Of a DNA stretch of 64,000 nt, positions 26,499 through 37,783 are shown piece by piece. Source of the stretch: a virus. A model generated the notes under the pieces. It saw only the letters and a program-made list of their open reading frames with translations, made no database searches and had not been told where the DNA came from. Every line of letters starts with the position of its first letter. The first letter of the stretch is position 1. The position numbers and the translations under genes were made by a program. The DNA lies in the IMG/VR virus record IMGVR_UViG_3300029955_000018, positions 7,898 to 71,897 of that record; one strand, 5' to 3'.

Positions 26499-27794
26499 AT
26501 GAAGCAGCCGCCGAGCCCCGAAGCTCTGCTGTGCGAGAGGTGTAAAGCCTCTCTGAAGCAGGGCATGTACAAGCGGCTCAGTGCCGACCAGGTCATCTGC
26601 CGCGACCAGCCCTCGTGCCGGCAGCGCGTGCTCAGCGAGGAGCTGGGAATCGACCTCTTTACCAAGTACCCGCGAGAGCGGACCTACTTCGAAATGGACG
26701 TCCGGCCGGAGAACCATAAGCAGACCGGCTGGAAGCCGATCCACACCGAGGATGAGCGCGTGATGGCGGCCTGGATCTACTATTCCTGGTGTTATCCCGT
26801 GGGCCTGGCCTACGCGGTGCAGATCGACGCCGACGACGAGATCATGCACGACCGATATGGCAAACCCATGCTGATGACGCATGAGCGTTTGGGCCAGATC
26901 CTGGGCGTCCCGCGGCAGAGCGTCAGCCGGGCCACCGCGCGGGCCGAGGCGCGCAAGGAGCTGCGCCAGGATGACGGGCAAGTGTTTCCCGTAGCGAAGC
27001 CCACGATTACGCGCGAGGAGCGCGAGGCCGCGCGTGCGGAGGAGGTGGAGCAACTCGGAGAGGCGCCCAACACCATCCCGCGGCAATACCGCCACCTCCT
27101 CAACGATCTGCTCGCCGACGTGGGAGATGAGTGCATCAGAACTGATTCACTCGCGGAAGTCGTCGCGTCCTGTACGCAATACAATGACGATCACCACCGC
27201 ATCAGAACACGACGGAATGGGGTAATCGAAAACGTCTGTACACGACTCGCTACCTTATTGTCCAGACAGGTTACTTTTAGAAAGAAACCTTCCCTGTCGT
27301 CGGTCGGTCCTTCCGTAGCAGTACCTACGAGCGAAAACCTGGCCTCTCAAGCCCCCGGTAGCGAGGCGCTCAATGAGCTGTACGCAGCAGGACTGGGGAA
27401 GGGAGCCTTGGCCAAGCTGCCCCCGGTCGAGGAACGGCGAAAGCCTAAGACGACCGACCGACCGAAGGAGGAAGCCGTCAATCCATTCCGGGCCCAGATC
27501 CACGACTGGATGGAAGCCCACATCGCCATTCCCGGCTACGACCTGGAGGATACCGAGCTCGACTTGATAGCCGCGACCATCCAGACGCCCCTTCATTTTG
27601 CGCAGTTCAAGGCAGCCGCGCTAAGACAAGCCCACCCGAAGGGATGGAAAGTGTTTGTCCGGATCGCCCAACAGTGCGAGAAGCGCCACAAGACGTACGA
27701 GAAGTCGGTAGCGGCCGGCGGCTCGAGCGACTCGAAAGAAAAATCCGCCGTTGAGGAAATGCTGAAAATCCGCAAGAGGGGAGGAGAGGCATGA
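26499..27794 (+). CDS. Putative replication initiator (Zn motif plus HTH)
   Basis: CERC..C..C; HTH THERLGQILGVPRQSVSRA; low-complexity linker; followed by a loader-like gene as in lambdoid O/P modules. Confidence 0.5.
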   Translation: MKQPPSPEALLCERCKASLKQGMYKRLSADQVICRDQPSCRQRVLSEELGIDLFTKYPRERTYFEMDVRPENHKQTGWKPIHTEDERVMAAWIYYSWCYPVGLAYAVQIDADDEIMHDRYGKPMLMTHERLGQILGVPRQSVSRATARAEARKELRQDDGQVFPVAKPTITREEREAARAEEVEQLGEAPNTIPRQYRHLLNDLLADVGDECIRTDSLAEVVASCTQYNDDHHRIRTRRNGVIENVCTRLATLLSRQVTFRKKPSLSSVGPSVAVPTSENLASQAPGSEALNELYAAGLGKGALAKLPPVEERRKPKTTDRPKEEAVNPFRAQIHDWMEAHIAIPGYDLEDTELDLIAATIQTPLHFAQFKAAALRQAHPKGWKVFVRIAQQCEKRHKTYEKSVAAGGSSDSKEKSAVEEMLKIRKRGGEA

Positions 27795-28450
27795 GCGATC
27801 AACTCGACATCGAAACCGCCATGAAGCTGGCACGGAGCCTGACCACGATTGACGGCTTCCCGCGCTTCGAGGACGCGATCACAGCCACAGCCACGGATCT
27901 CATGGAGTGGTGCGAGGGCGCTATCCTCGATGGCCGCCGCTGGTCCGCGGCGAGTCAGGCGAACTGGCTGGTCCAAGAGGCGCGCCTAACATGGCGCAAA
28001 TGGAGTGGCACGGGCGACTTTTTCGCGCTCTTCCGCAGCAAATTCCCGCGGAAGCTTCCAGCGGGCAATACGAACGATTTCCACGAACCCGGGCTCAAGC
28101 CGCCAATCGCCTGCCGTAAGTGCAGCGATCGCGGCACGGTGAAGCTCTCTACCGGCCGGTACGACTGGTGCGATTGCGAGCAGGCCGGATACCTGCGCCG
28201 CGATTGGCCCGATTTCCTGGAACTAGCCAACAAGCACCTGGCGCCCAAGCCTCGCCTCGTACGAACCAAAGACGTGCCCCTTACGGCGGCCCAGATCGAC
28301 GCCATGCGGGCCGAAGAAAGGCGGCTGGTGGAGCAGGCCATCGACGGCGCCGAAACGATGCTGCACGATCCACGCGCCACCAAAGAGCAAAAGAAAGCCG
28401 CGCGCAAACTCCTCAAGCTCTACCGGCCAAAGAGAGAGGCGGCGTCGTGA
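27791..28450 (+). CDS. Replication-associated protein with CxxC..CxC zinc ribbon
   Basis: CRKCSDRG...WCDC; ATGA-coupled to the upstream gene. Confidence 0.5.
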   Translation: MSDQLDIETAMKLARSLTTIDGFPRFEDAITATATDLMEWCEGAILDGRRWSAASQANWLVQEARLTWRKWSGTGDFFALFRSKFPRKLPAGNTNDFHEPGLKPPIACRKCSDRGTVKLSTGRYDWCDCEQAGYLRRDWPDFLELANKHLAPKPRLVRTKDVPLTAAQIDAMRAEERRLVEQAIDGAETMLHDPRATKEQKKAARKLLKLYRPKREAAS

Positions 28451-29872
28451 TTTCCGCCCCGATCGAGAAGCTCACCAAGTCGGAACTCGAAAGCCGCGTG
28501 CGGTATCACCGGACTTTGGCGGACCTGTACGAGACCCGCAAGATGCCGGAGACGGCGAATAGTTTCCGCGCCCTGGCGCAAGAATACGACGCGGCACTAC
28601 AGGCGAAGCGCGATGTTCGCGCCGAAATCGAGAGCGAGTCCTCTGCGGGGGGTGGCGAATGAGCGAATACGGCCCCGCCGATCTCGAAATCTGTCGTGCC
28701 CGCGAGCGCCAATTAATTCGCGAGGCCGAGCGCGCCTGCCTGGAGATCCGCCGGTTGCGCGCCATCGAGGATTTCGAGCGGCTCCGGGAATGGGGCGACC
28801 GGCAAGCGAAGAAGCGCGCAGCAGGCCGCAAAACCCCAAACGTGAGGTAAGCAATGCCGAACCCAGTGTATAGCCCCGCCGTGACCTGGCACTGCGAGGA
28901 GTGCCATCAGGCCGGAGACCTTTCCATCCCGCCGGCGAACTTCCGCGCGGCAACTCCCTACGAACTGGCGGAGCAATCCCACGCGCTGGCGGATCCCGAG
29001 TGCGCCAAGCAATGGGGAGCGCGCTTCGTCTATGTGTCCCAATCGGAGTACCCCGACTAATGGACAAGCGTACCCAGTTTCCGGCGTCGAAGCTGCAGGC
29101 GAAGATTCTGACGGATCTCGCGACCGGCTGGGCCATCCGCAGCACTCCGCGGCTGCTCTGCCGGTTCGAACGGTTGCGGCCGTACCGGCAGGAAACCCTA
29201 AAGGAGAACAGTTTCCGGGCCCTGCGCGATGCCGGGTGGATCGAAGAGGATCCCACCGGCGTCCAGCAGTGGCGGATTTCGGAGAAGGGCCGGAAGGCCA
29301 TCGGACTAAAGGAGGTTCGATTGTGTCACTAGAAGATCGCCCGCTTACCAACCTGCAATTCTGCATCGCGCGCGCCCTCGGGCAGCCCCTGGAGAGTTTT
29401 CGGCCGCTATCCGAAGGCGAGACCGCGGCGGCGCCCGACGCCCCAACGGTTGTCGCGATCCGTTCTCCTTCGCGATCCACCCCGCGTGAGAGCGAGAAGG
29501 TTTATCGTTTGGACCGCCAGGAGCGCAAGATGACCCTCCGCGCGTTAGGAATACGAGGGGGCAAATGATCTCCGGCAGACTGCTATTGGAGTTCTCCGCA
29601 TGGATCTAGATCCAATTCTTCGGGAGTTGCGCGCCGAGTTGAAGCGCGTCGAGGACGCGATCTCGGCGTTAGAGGCGGTGTGCAGGCAAGGCCGCAGATC
29701 GATGGGAGAGGACGAACGCCAGCAGGTATCGATCCGCATGGTCAAATATTGGGCCTGGCTCGCCGAAAATGACGAAGACCCAGCAGTGAGGGAAGAAGCC
29801 CGGCGTCACCTATCGAATGCCGGCGTTCGCGCCGCGGCGGGGGACGACCGCCGTAGTCAGGGGGGCGCATGA
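28447..29872 (+). other. Early/middle small genes (28447-28662, 28659-28850, 28854-29060, 29060-29332, 29323-29568, 29600-29872)
   Basis: Overlapping start/stop chain. 29600 ORF (MDLDPILRELRAE...SMGEDERQQVSIRMVKYWA) resembles small Acidobacteria proteins. Confidence 0.6.
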
Positions 29873-30198
29873 CGGCCGCCGCAAACCCCTACGGCTACCG
29901 CTGGCGCACGCACACCCTGCCGGCGCTCCGGACCCGCGCCTGCCACGAATGCCAGCGGTGCGGGATGCCGGAGCGGCCCATGGGCTGGTACCGCCTGCTG
30001 GAGGGCGCGCACCTCGACGGAGATCGTGCCAACGATAACGATGACAATCTGGCATTGCTGTGCCGGACTTGCCATCGCGCCCACGACTACCGAGTCTGGA
30101 GTCTGACGTGGACCACCTGGCAACGGGCCCAGCACGAGCGGCGGATAGACGAGGCCGACGCGGCGCGGCCCATTCTCGCGTTGCTGAGGGCATCGTGA
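29869..30198 (+). CDS. HNH endonuclease
   Basis: CQRCG...AHLDGDRANDNDDNLALLCRTCH. Confidence 0.85.
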   Translation: MTAAANPYGYRWRTHTLPALRTRACHECQRCGMPERPMGWYRLLEGAHLDGDRANDNDDNLALLCRTCHRAHDYRVWSLTWTTWQRAQHERRIDEADAARPILALLRAS

Positions 30199-31988
30199 AG
30201 GAGCGCATCGCCCAACTCGCCGCCTCGGCCGCCCATCAACCCCATGGCACGCGATCCCGCTACAACTCGGGTTGCCACTGCTTCCAGTGCCGGGTTGCCA
30301 ATACGAACTACGAGACGGCACGCGCGGCCAAGCATAGGGCGGGATGGCACGCGCGGCTCGTGCCCACCGATAAGGCCCTGGCACATCTCGACGCGCTCTC
30401 ACAGGCTGGCGTAGGCTACAAATCGGTAGCGGATGCCGCCGGCGTGTCTCACACCACGTTGGCGAGGGTCAAGTACGGTCGCGGGCAGATCCGCGCGACG
30501 ACAGAGGCGCGTATTCTGGCGGTGGACCGCGGCGCCATGGCCGATGGAGCTCGCATCGCCGCTGGACCGACCCTTCGCTTGATCGCCGGCATGGTCCGCG
30601 ACGGGTACACCCGCCTGTGGATCGCGCGCCAGCTCGGCTACAAAAGCACCGGGCTGCAGTTCCGCCTCCCGACGGTCAGCGCTCTCAACGCGTCACGGGT
30701 GGAGCGGCTCTACCGGCGAATCGAGGAAGGCAGGGTAAGCCGATGACGTACCGTCAACCTACCGGAAACGCGGAGGCGTAGAGGAGTATGGCGCGACCTA
30801 AACCCTGGATCGGACAAATCGATCAGATCCAACAGAAGCTGCGCGAGTACCTGCCGACTCAGCCCCTCGGCCGGCGCGACATCGAAGTTTTGTTCGGGCT
30901 CTCGCGAAGCGCCGCAACCGAATTAATGGGACTGATGGAGTGCAGCCGCGAATTCGGCGCCGCCCTGATCGTCACCGCCGGCAACGTGCTCGAATACCTG
31001 CGCCTCTGTCCCGAGGGCCAGCACGTTGAACAGGAGCGGATCCGCCGGGACAAGCTGGCCAAGAACCTCCAGGAGGCGGCCAAGGATCAGGCGCTGCGCG
31101 AAATATCTTTCGGCGCCACGTCGGCCGACGAATGGGCACGCTGGAAAGAGCTGCCGATCCGCTTCGAGCCCGGCAGGATGACTGTGGAGTTCGATTCCGC
31201 GGAGGATCTGCTGCACACGCTCTGGCGATTTACCCGGGCGTGTCAGGGGCCGGACTGGGATACGTTCCAGCGGTTGACGGAGAGCGAACAGATGGTGTTG
31301 GAAGGAGAAAAGAAGGTATGACGATCAACAACGATCCCAATAGGCCAAAGTACGACCCAGACCGCATAATCCGCGAGTGGAAAGGTTTACCGCCGCTATC
31401 GGATAGCGAGGCAACTGCGCGTGGCATCGAAGTGGATCGGGACGGCCTGGTCCGCTGCCGCGTATGCGGCTGCACACAACGCGAGCCCTGTTGCCCTCCA
31501 TGCGGCTGGATGCCCGGGGAAGTGGACCTGTGCGATGCGTGTGGCCTGGCTGTGATGGCCCTCCGTAATTGGCTCGATGGCGCCCATCGGCCGAATAAAG
31601 CGGCGCTGTTCCGCGAAGTCGAGAAACGGCTCGCCGATTATTGCGCGAGGTGCCACGGCTCCGGCAAGGTGGACCGCGGCAATGGCAGCACGAAGCCGTG
31701 CGATTGTGCCGCCGGCCTGGCCGAACGGGCGCGGCGGAAGGCGAGGAGGCCCGTATGAGCGCCCCGCGCTGGGCAGTTGGCATGCGGCGCCTCATGCCGG
31801 GTGTGTACCTCGATGGCGATTGCGCGATCCATTTCGATCTCTACGATCTCTGCGTGGCTAACGGCTACGCGCCCACCGCAGAGAACGCGGATCTGCTGGA
31901 GCGCGTCGCACGTAGAGCGCTGCGCGAAGCGTGCGGGTGCGAGATTCCAACGACACAGGTGGAGGCCGCCGACGAAAATGAAGATTAA
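30195..31988 (+). other. Phage genes 30195-30746 (Zn plus HTH), 30788-31321, 31318-31758 (Zn fingers), 31755-31988
   Basis: HGTRSRYNSGCHCFQC; YKSVADAAGVSHTTL HTH; CRVCGCT..PC...C.W. Confidence 0.6.
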
Positions 31989-32643
31989 AGAGATTCCTAA
32001 CGCGCCAGCTTGGCTGGTGAAGGCAGAAACGCTGGACGCCGATGTCACCGTCCAGGATGGCCGAGTCGTCTGGCGCGGCGGCTTGTGGCTCGGCGGCGAG
32101 TGGCGCGGCGGCTTGTGGCGCGGCGGTGAGTGGTGCGGCGGCGAGTGGTGCGATGGCCAGTGGTGCGGCGGCCAGTGGCACGACGGCGTTTGGCGCGACG
32201 GCTTGTGGCTCGGCGGCGAGTGGTGCGATGGCCAGTGGTGCGGCGGCGAGTGGTGCGGCGGCGAGTGGCGCGGCGGCTTGTGGCTCGACGAGAAAACCCA
32301 GCGCCTGGAGTTTATGGCGGCGGCCTGCGGCATTGTGTTCGGCGCGGATGGCTGGGCTACTGCCTACCGCACCACCACCTTAGACGGGCACGGCCGATAC
32401 ACGAAATGCTTTGTCCAGCCAGAGGGCGAGTATTACGAGGACAATTTGCCCCCGCCCGGCTCCGGGACATGCGTGAGAGGCATTCACGTCTCGACCGCGG
32501 CGACGGCACACACTCTACTCGGCGTCGATCACAGTGCCCAGATGTGGGAGGTCCGATTCAAGAGGTCCGACCTCTTGGACTGCGATGGACAAAAGGCGCG
32601 GATATCGGGAGGCGTCTTTAGGAAAATTGCGAGGCCATTCTGA
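31978..32643 (+). CDS. W-x-G/D-G-x pentapeptide-repeat protein
   Basis: About 15 tandem 15-bp units (32071-32290); C-terminal CVRGIH domain. Confidence 0.7.
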   Translation: MKIKEIPNAPAWLVKAETLDADVTVQDGRVVWRGGLWLGGEWRGGLWRGGEWCGGEWCDGQWCGGQWHDGVWRDGLWLGGEWCDGQWCGGEWCGGEWRGGLWLDEKTQRLEFMAAACGIVFGADGWATAYRTTTLDGHGRYTKCFVQPEGEYYEDNLPPPGSGTCVRGIHVSTAATAHTLLGVDHSAQMWEVRFKRSDLLDCDGQKARISGGVFRKIARPF

Positions 32644-32785
32644 GCGAAGACCGCAAATACCTGGAAGCCGGCACCGGCAGCAAAAAGCAAGCGTCCCAAG
32701 CCCGAGGACCTGGTGGGCGGCAGGCGATACGCCCGTTACAGCGAAGGACCTGAATGATTAACGAGGAAGCCAAAGGAGCAACTGA

Positions 32786-33917
32786 ATGAAAACCGCCAAC
32801 GATTTTATGCGCGGCGCCGTGGCGCTCGACCAGCTCCGCGTGGAGATGTCCCCGCAAGCGGACGATCCGGAGCACGACCTCCGGCAACTAATCTGCTATC
32901 ACCTGTTGACCGCAGCGGCCAACTGCCGGCGAGTGGGCGAGGCGCGCGCTGCCCGCGATCGCACGGCCGCGGCGAAGGCGAAACCGTAATGGCGCCGCTC
33001 GTCGTGGTGTGCCGCAAAGCGTCCGACTCGCTCTTGCCTGGCGCTCAGAAGGGCTACCGGTGCCGTCGGTGCGACCTGGAAGTCCAAGTGACCGTCGACG
33101 GGCGCGCCTGGATCGCCGCCGGCGGTATCGCCCTATGTAACGATTGCGGCCTCGGCCTAATCGCGGAGCGCGAGCGCAGGGGGAACACGACCGTCCTTAG
33201 CGCCAGCCCCACGGCCCTCGCGCAAATCGAGCGCCTGGCGGCGGCGGAGGCGAAGACGGAGGCAAAACCGTGACTCAGGTGCAGGCCGTGCTGCAGGCCT
33301 ACCTCGACGGCAGCCGCACAACGAGCGAGGTATCCTCCCTCACCGGGCTGCCTCTGAAACACGCCTGTGCGATAACGCGCCTGCTGGAATCGCGCGGCCT
33401 AATCGAGCGCAAAGGTCTTGCGGCACGGACCCACGCGACTGGCGCGGCGCCGATCTTTTTCCAGCCCAAGGGAGAAAACTGTGTTTAAGCCTGGCTCGCC
33501 CGAATGGAAAGCGCGGATCGCGCGCATGCTGGCCGATGAGGAGGGTCAGCCGATGCGCTGGTGGTTCCTGAGCTTTGCTGCGCCCGGCAAGTCGCTGGGC
33601 GCCGTGCTGGTCGAGGCCCGCGGCCCCACCTCCGCATTACGGTTGACTCATCGGCTGGGAATCAATCCCGGGGGCCAGGTCATGACCTCGGAGGTGCTGG
33701 CGGAGTACGCCGCCAGGATCCCCGAGTCGATGCGCCATCGGCTCTGCAGCCGGAAGGAATGGGAGAGCCTGTGAAACTTCTGTTCGGCTCCCTTGTACTC
33801 GTCTACTGCCTATGCCGCATTTGGCGCTGGCGCAGGCGCAAGAGGTACGCCGAAGAGTGCATGCGCCTGGTTCGGACTGCCAGGGCGGCCAAGAATAAGG
33901 AGCCGCTCTGGCCCTAA
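32786..33917 (+). other. Small genes (32786-32989, 32989-33273, 33270-33488 wHTH-like, 33481-33774, 33771-33917)
   Basis: RBS and overlapping chain. Confidence 0.55.
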
Positions 33918-34296
33918 CTCGCGCCGACGTTGGCGGCAGAGCTCCTCGATCGACATGCCGCAGAGCGCCAGGCGACGAACGCCGAGGAACTCACCCTCCC
34001 ATGAGCCCCCCCCCGCTCCCGGAAACGGAGCAGGAGAGAGCCGCGGAAGGCGCGTTTTCGCGCCGTAGCGCCGCCGGCGGCCGAAACTGTGCCGAAACCG
34101 CGGCCCGAGAGGTCACTGAATTCACCGACGCCAATGTTTACAGGCCTTCCAGGCGATTCCGTGCGACAAAAACTGAAGTTATTGTCGCACCCGAATTAAT
34201 TCAAAATGAATTAATTTGCCCCTTTGTTTGCACTGCCCACTGAGCAGTTTCGACCCCAGTTTATGTCGCACCCCCAAAAGCCGCTCTTTTGAACTG

Positions 34297-35799
34297 TCAG
34301 ACGATGATCGCGCGCTCGCGGAAAAACGGGCAGCTCGGATCATGTCCATCTCCCGGCGGACACGTCCCGTCCTCGTTTCGAGCTCGGGTCCGGGATCGCG
34401 CCAGGGAATCGGCTCCGCACGGGCACCGCTTACCGGATCTGGGCCGGCCGCCATTGTAGCCCGCGCCAAATGTCTTACGCGCTTCCGCCATCTTGCGCGC
34501 GGTACGGGTGGGAAGGGAGTGGCGGCCCATTAGCGCACTTCCTTGGTTTCGGCCCGCGATTGATTGGTCGCAAGTTGTACGATCATCAGAGCGTTGTGGA
34601 GCGTGTCTCCGTCGGAGTTCCAGCCCGCTTGGTGGGCGAATTCGGCGAGCGGCCGTGCGGCCAGAAAGTCGCGGGAGTTTTGCATTACGTTGAGGTTGCT
34701 TTGCCACCGTACCCGATCGCCGAATTTGGCCTCTATTCCCGGAGATCGGTAATGTGCCAGTGCAAGATCGATCCCTGCCAGAATTTCATCCCGGATGGCG
34801 GCCAACCGCATAGGCTCCCGCGAGAGCCGCTTCTCGTGCCGCATCTCTTTCAGGGTGCTCTTGATCTTTTGTTCGGGCGACATATTGGTATCGCGCATCA
34901 GGCCCCCTCCATGCACAAGTGGCCGCCGCACCCATCGTTAGCATTTTTGGGGGAAACCCAAAGGAAGCGGCGATCAATTTTGCCGGCGAACTCGAATCCG
35001 CTGGTTTCAATCAGGATTCCGCAATCGCCAGTGGCGTTGAGATCGCACCAGGCGAAGCCGGCGGGAGTTGTTTCGAAGGGTATCATTTTTGTGCCACTCT
35101 GGCTCGACTCTCCGATCACCTGGAGGCTGCCTCCGCATCGCGCTCACCCAGCCCGCGAAGTTCGGATGCCTCTACCAAGACCAGGGCATTATCGTTGCGA
35201 CTCCAGCGGATATGGTGAGCACCGCGTTCACGCAGCGCGTCGATTTGGCATTGCACGGCGATGGCGTCGCGTCCGTCGATTGGCAGCGCGTGATGGCCAT
35301 TTTTCTCATAGGTCAGCTCCCCGAGGTAGCAATCTTCCGATTCCGCCAAGGCCGCCACTTCCGCCGCGTACTTGCCGGCGTCGTAGCGTGTACTCGTCAA
35401 TCCCTGCTCGCCCGTGTCGTGATCCTGCGCCCAGGTGTCGGTGATTTTCTCGCAGCCGCAATGTATGCAGACCTCGTGCATGATGATTCCGCCGCCGTGC
35501 CCCCACACGCCCGGATTCTCCTTGATGCCGCCAACAATGGCCAGCGGGGACTGCCAGTCGTGCTCGGACTCCGTGCAAGTGGGCTCATCGGGCTCGATAG
35601 TGACGGAGACGGTGTGCGATTCCCCGCTTTCCTCGCCGTCCTCTAGCTCGATCACGTAGGCGCTAACCCACACAGTGCCCTCGCTGGTATCCCATGAGCC
35701 ATCGCGTGCCCATTCGCGCGCTTCTTCCAGCGCCTCTGCAAGCGTTACGGCCGCAAGCGTCTGACTTGCGCCTTCCATCCTGACTTCGTATGTCGTCAT
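34297..35799 (-). other. Leftward operon (34297-34530, 34530-34898, 34898-35086, 35116-35799 acidic protein)
   Basis: TAATG/TGATG coupling; AGGAG RBS before 35799. Confidence 0.6.
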
Positions 35800-35889
35800 T
35801 GCTCGTTATCTCCTGTCGTTTCGGAAATTCAAAATTTCAATCCTCGAATCAGCGTTTTGTCTGGCATCTCAGATTCTCCTGGCTCTTCT

Positions 35890-35919
35890 ATAATAGCCGA
35901 ATACGCTGTATTCTGTCAA
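35890..35919 (-). promoter_or_regulatory. Near-consensus sigma70 promoter with an operator-like palindrome in the spacer
   Basis: TTGACA-18bp-TATTAT; GAATAC-N3-GTATTC at 35899-35913. Confidence 0.75.
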
Positions 35920-36002
35920 GCGGAATCGTCAAAAAATACGAAAATAAAGCAAGCCACACCGCATCCGCGCTTCTTTCGTCGGCCACCACGCGGCCGTGCT
36001 CA

Positions 36003-36881
36003 TCAGATTATGATGGCGCGCTCGCGGAAAAACGGGCAGCCTGGATCGTGCTCCGCCGACTTGCCCCGCGCTTCGGCTCTCCTGAGCGTCATCGCGGCGC
36101 ACGGGCAGCGGCCAGCGTCGCTACGCGGGCGGCCGCCGGCAGGATTCTTGCGCGCGCGGTTCAGGGTGCGCGCGGCATCGGATGTGTCTCCAACCTCCGC
36201 GATCTCCAGCACCCACGGCTGGCCCTGCAATCCGGCCTGGTCGCCGGTTATCCAATTCAGCCGCTCGCCGAAAATGCGGCGTGCCTCCCTGCGTGCCTCC
36301 GAAGGGCTATCGAGCCTCCGCGATTGCATCATTGGCGTATTGGATGCCCGGCCCAAGCGAATCGAGACGTGGTAGCCGCGATGCCGATCCTTGGTGACAG
36401 CCACCCAGAAGCTGTGTGGCGCCACCGTGACGGTCGCGGGGCGCTCGGGCGGGGTTGTGGGAGTGGGAGGCGGCGCGGATCGCGTGGGAGTCGCGTGGGG
36501 CGGCGTGGGCGGCAGTGTAGCCGGCTCAGGCAGCAGTGGCAATATCCGCTTCGCCGGTTTCGGCCGCGGCTTCGGCGCCGGCTTCTCGGCGCGCACCTTC
36601 TTGCCGCCGGCGGCGGCCTTGCGCTCCTCTTGAGTGATCTTCAGGCGCGCCGCCAGGCGGACGGTGGAATCGGCGCGGTAGCAGCCACAGGAGATCGCGC
36701 GTCCCGCTTTCTCCGCAGCGATGAGGTTCTTGCCGCGCACCAGGTAATCGGTGGCGCCGCACTCGCAGTCACACTTCCAGTAGGCATAGCCTCCACGAAT
36801 TTCGGCGAATTCGCGGACCTTGAGGCGGCCGAATGTTCGGCCGCGCAGATCGGTAGCGTTGGATGGAAGGGGAAGGCTCAT
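36003..36881 (-). CDS. Mosaic protein: N-terminal module found in phage HNH/AP2 endonucleases, Pro linker, C-terminal Cys/His motif
   Basis: DLRGRTFGRLKV...WKCDCECG...SCGC; C-terminal RCPCAA...HDPGCPFFRERAII. Confidence 0.6.
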   Translation of the reverse strand: MSLPLPSNATDLRGRTFGRLKVREFAEIRGGYAYWKCDCECGATDYLVRGKNLIAAEKAGRAISCGCYRADSTVRLAARLKITQEERKAAAGGKKVRAEKPAPKPRPKPAKRILPLLPEPATLPPTPPHATPTRSAPPPTPTTPPERPATVTVAPHSFWVAVTKDRHRGYHVSIRLGRASNTPMMQSRRLDSPSEARREARRIFGERLNWITGDQAGLQGQPWVLEIAEVGDTSDAARTLNRARKNPAGGRPRSDAGRCPCAAMTLRRAEARGKSAEHDPGCPFFRERAIII

Positions 36882-37668
36882 TTTGATTTGACGCGATAGC
36901 CGACCTCGGAAAGAGCGCGGACTATCTCCGCCCGCGAGCCTTCAATAGTTGCGGTCTCCTCGCAAGATCGCTTGCGCGGGTGAAAGGTCACTCGTAGCTG
37001 TGAGTCCGGGATCGTTACCCGCATGTCTCTGTGGGCGCGCAAGTCGAAGCCAACGTCGATGGCCAACAGGCTGATCTCCGTCATATGCCGGCGGCTTCCT
37101 GCACGGCGGCGATAACGCGCCGCACATCGCTCAACATGACGGGCCGGTCAACGGTCTCGTCGTCTTCGGCCGTTTCCGGCTGGACCTCAACGGTCTCGTC
37201 GTCTTCGGCCGTTTCCGGCTGGACCTCGGGCGCCGGAACCAACGAACGAAGGTACGCGATGCTTTCGGCGTTTTGCCGGCGATAGAGATCGTCCGCCGCT
37301 TGGCAGCGCTCCTCGTATTCGGCCGCGAGATGTTCGAGCCCCGTTCCCCAGGTGAGCGAATCCGCCGTCAGCTTGGCCAGCTCCGCCGCCGTGAGTCTGG
37401 CGATGATGTCGTACTCGACGCTGCCTTGAGCCTTTGGCGTGTGGATGGACACCCCACCGTACCTTCTATCCGGGGTAGTCACTCCACACCCCTTGGTTTG
37501 CGGCGGTGCCGGCGGTTCGGGCCGCTCCGGTGCTTCGACCGGAGTAGAGGTAGACGCGGCTAGCAGCCGCTCACAGGACTGCGTGGCGCGCGCGGCGGCG
37601 AGTAACAGGCCGGCGCAGGCGTTGAATCCGTAGACGTTTACTTGCGATGATCGTTTTAGGTCGGACAT
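36878..37668 (-). other. Hypothetical genes 36878-37084 and 37081-37668
   Basis: GGAG RBS; ATGA coupling; upstream TTGATA-17bp-CAGTAT promoter-like site (37738-37766). Confidence 0.6.
37149..37228. repeat. 39-bp tandem duplication (EVQPETAEDDETV x2)
   Basis: Seen directly in DNA and protein. Confidence 0.85.
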
Positions 37669-37783
37669 TGGGTATCTCCAGTGTTTGATTTAGGGGGCTG
37701 GGTGGCGGCTGATATCCGCTTCCCGTCCCCGATTCATATACTGACAGAACTACTTAGTTATATCAAGCGCTTTCTTGTGCGTC

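Noticed and set aside
32071-32290. CRISPR-like array
   Set aside because: 15-bp coding tandem units with no unique spacers; no cas genes.
34192-34217. GAATTAATTC / GAATTAATT AT-rich palindromes at the convergence of operons as an origin or res site
   Set aside because: Too short and unsupported by other features.
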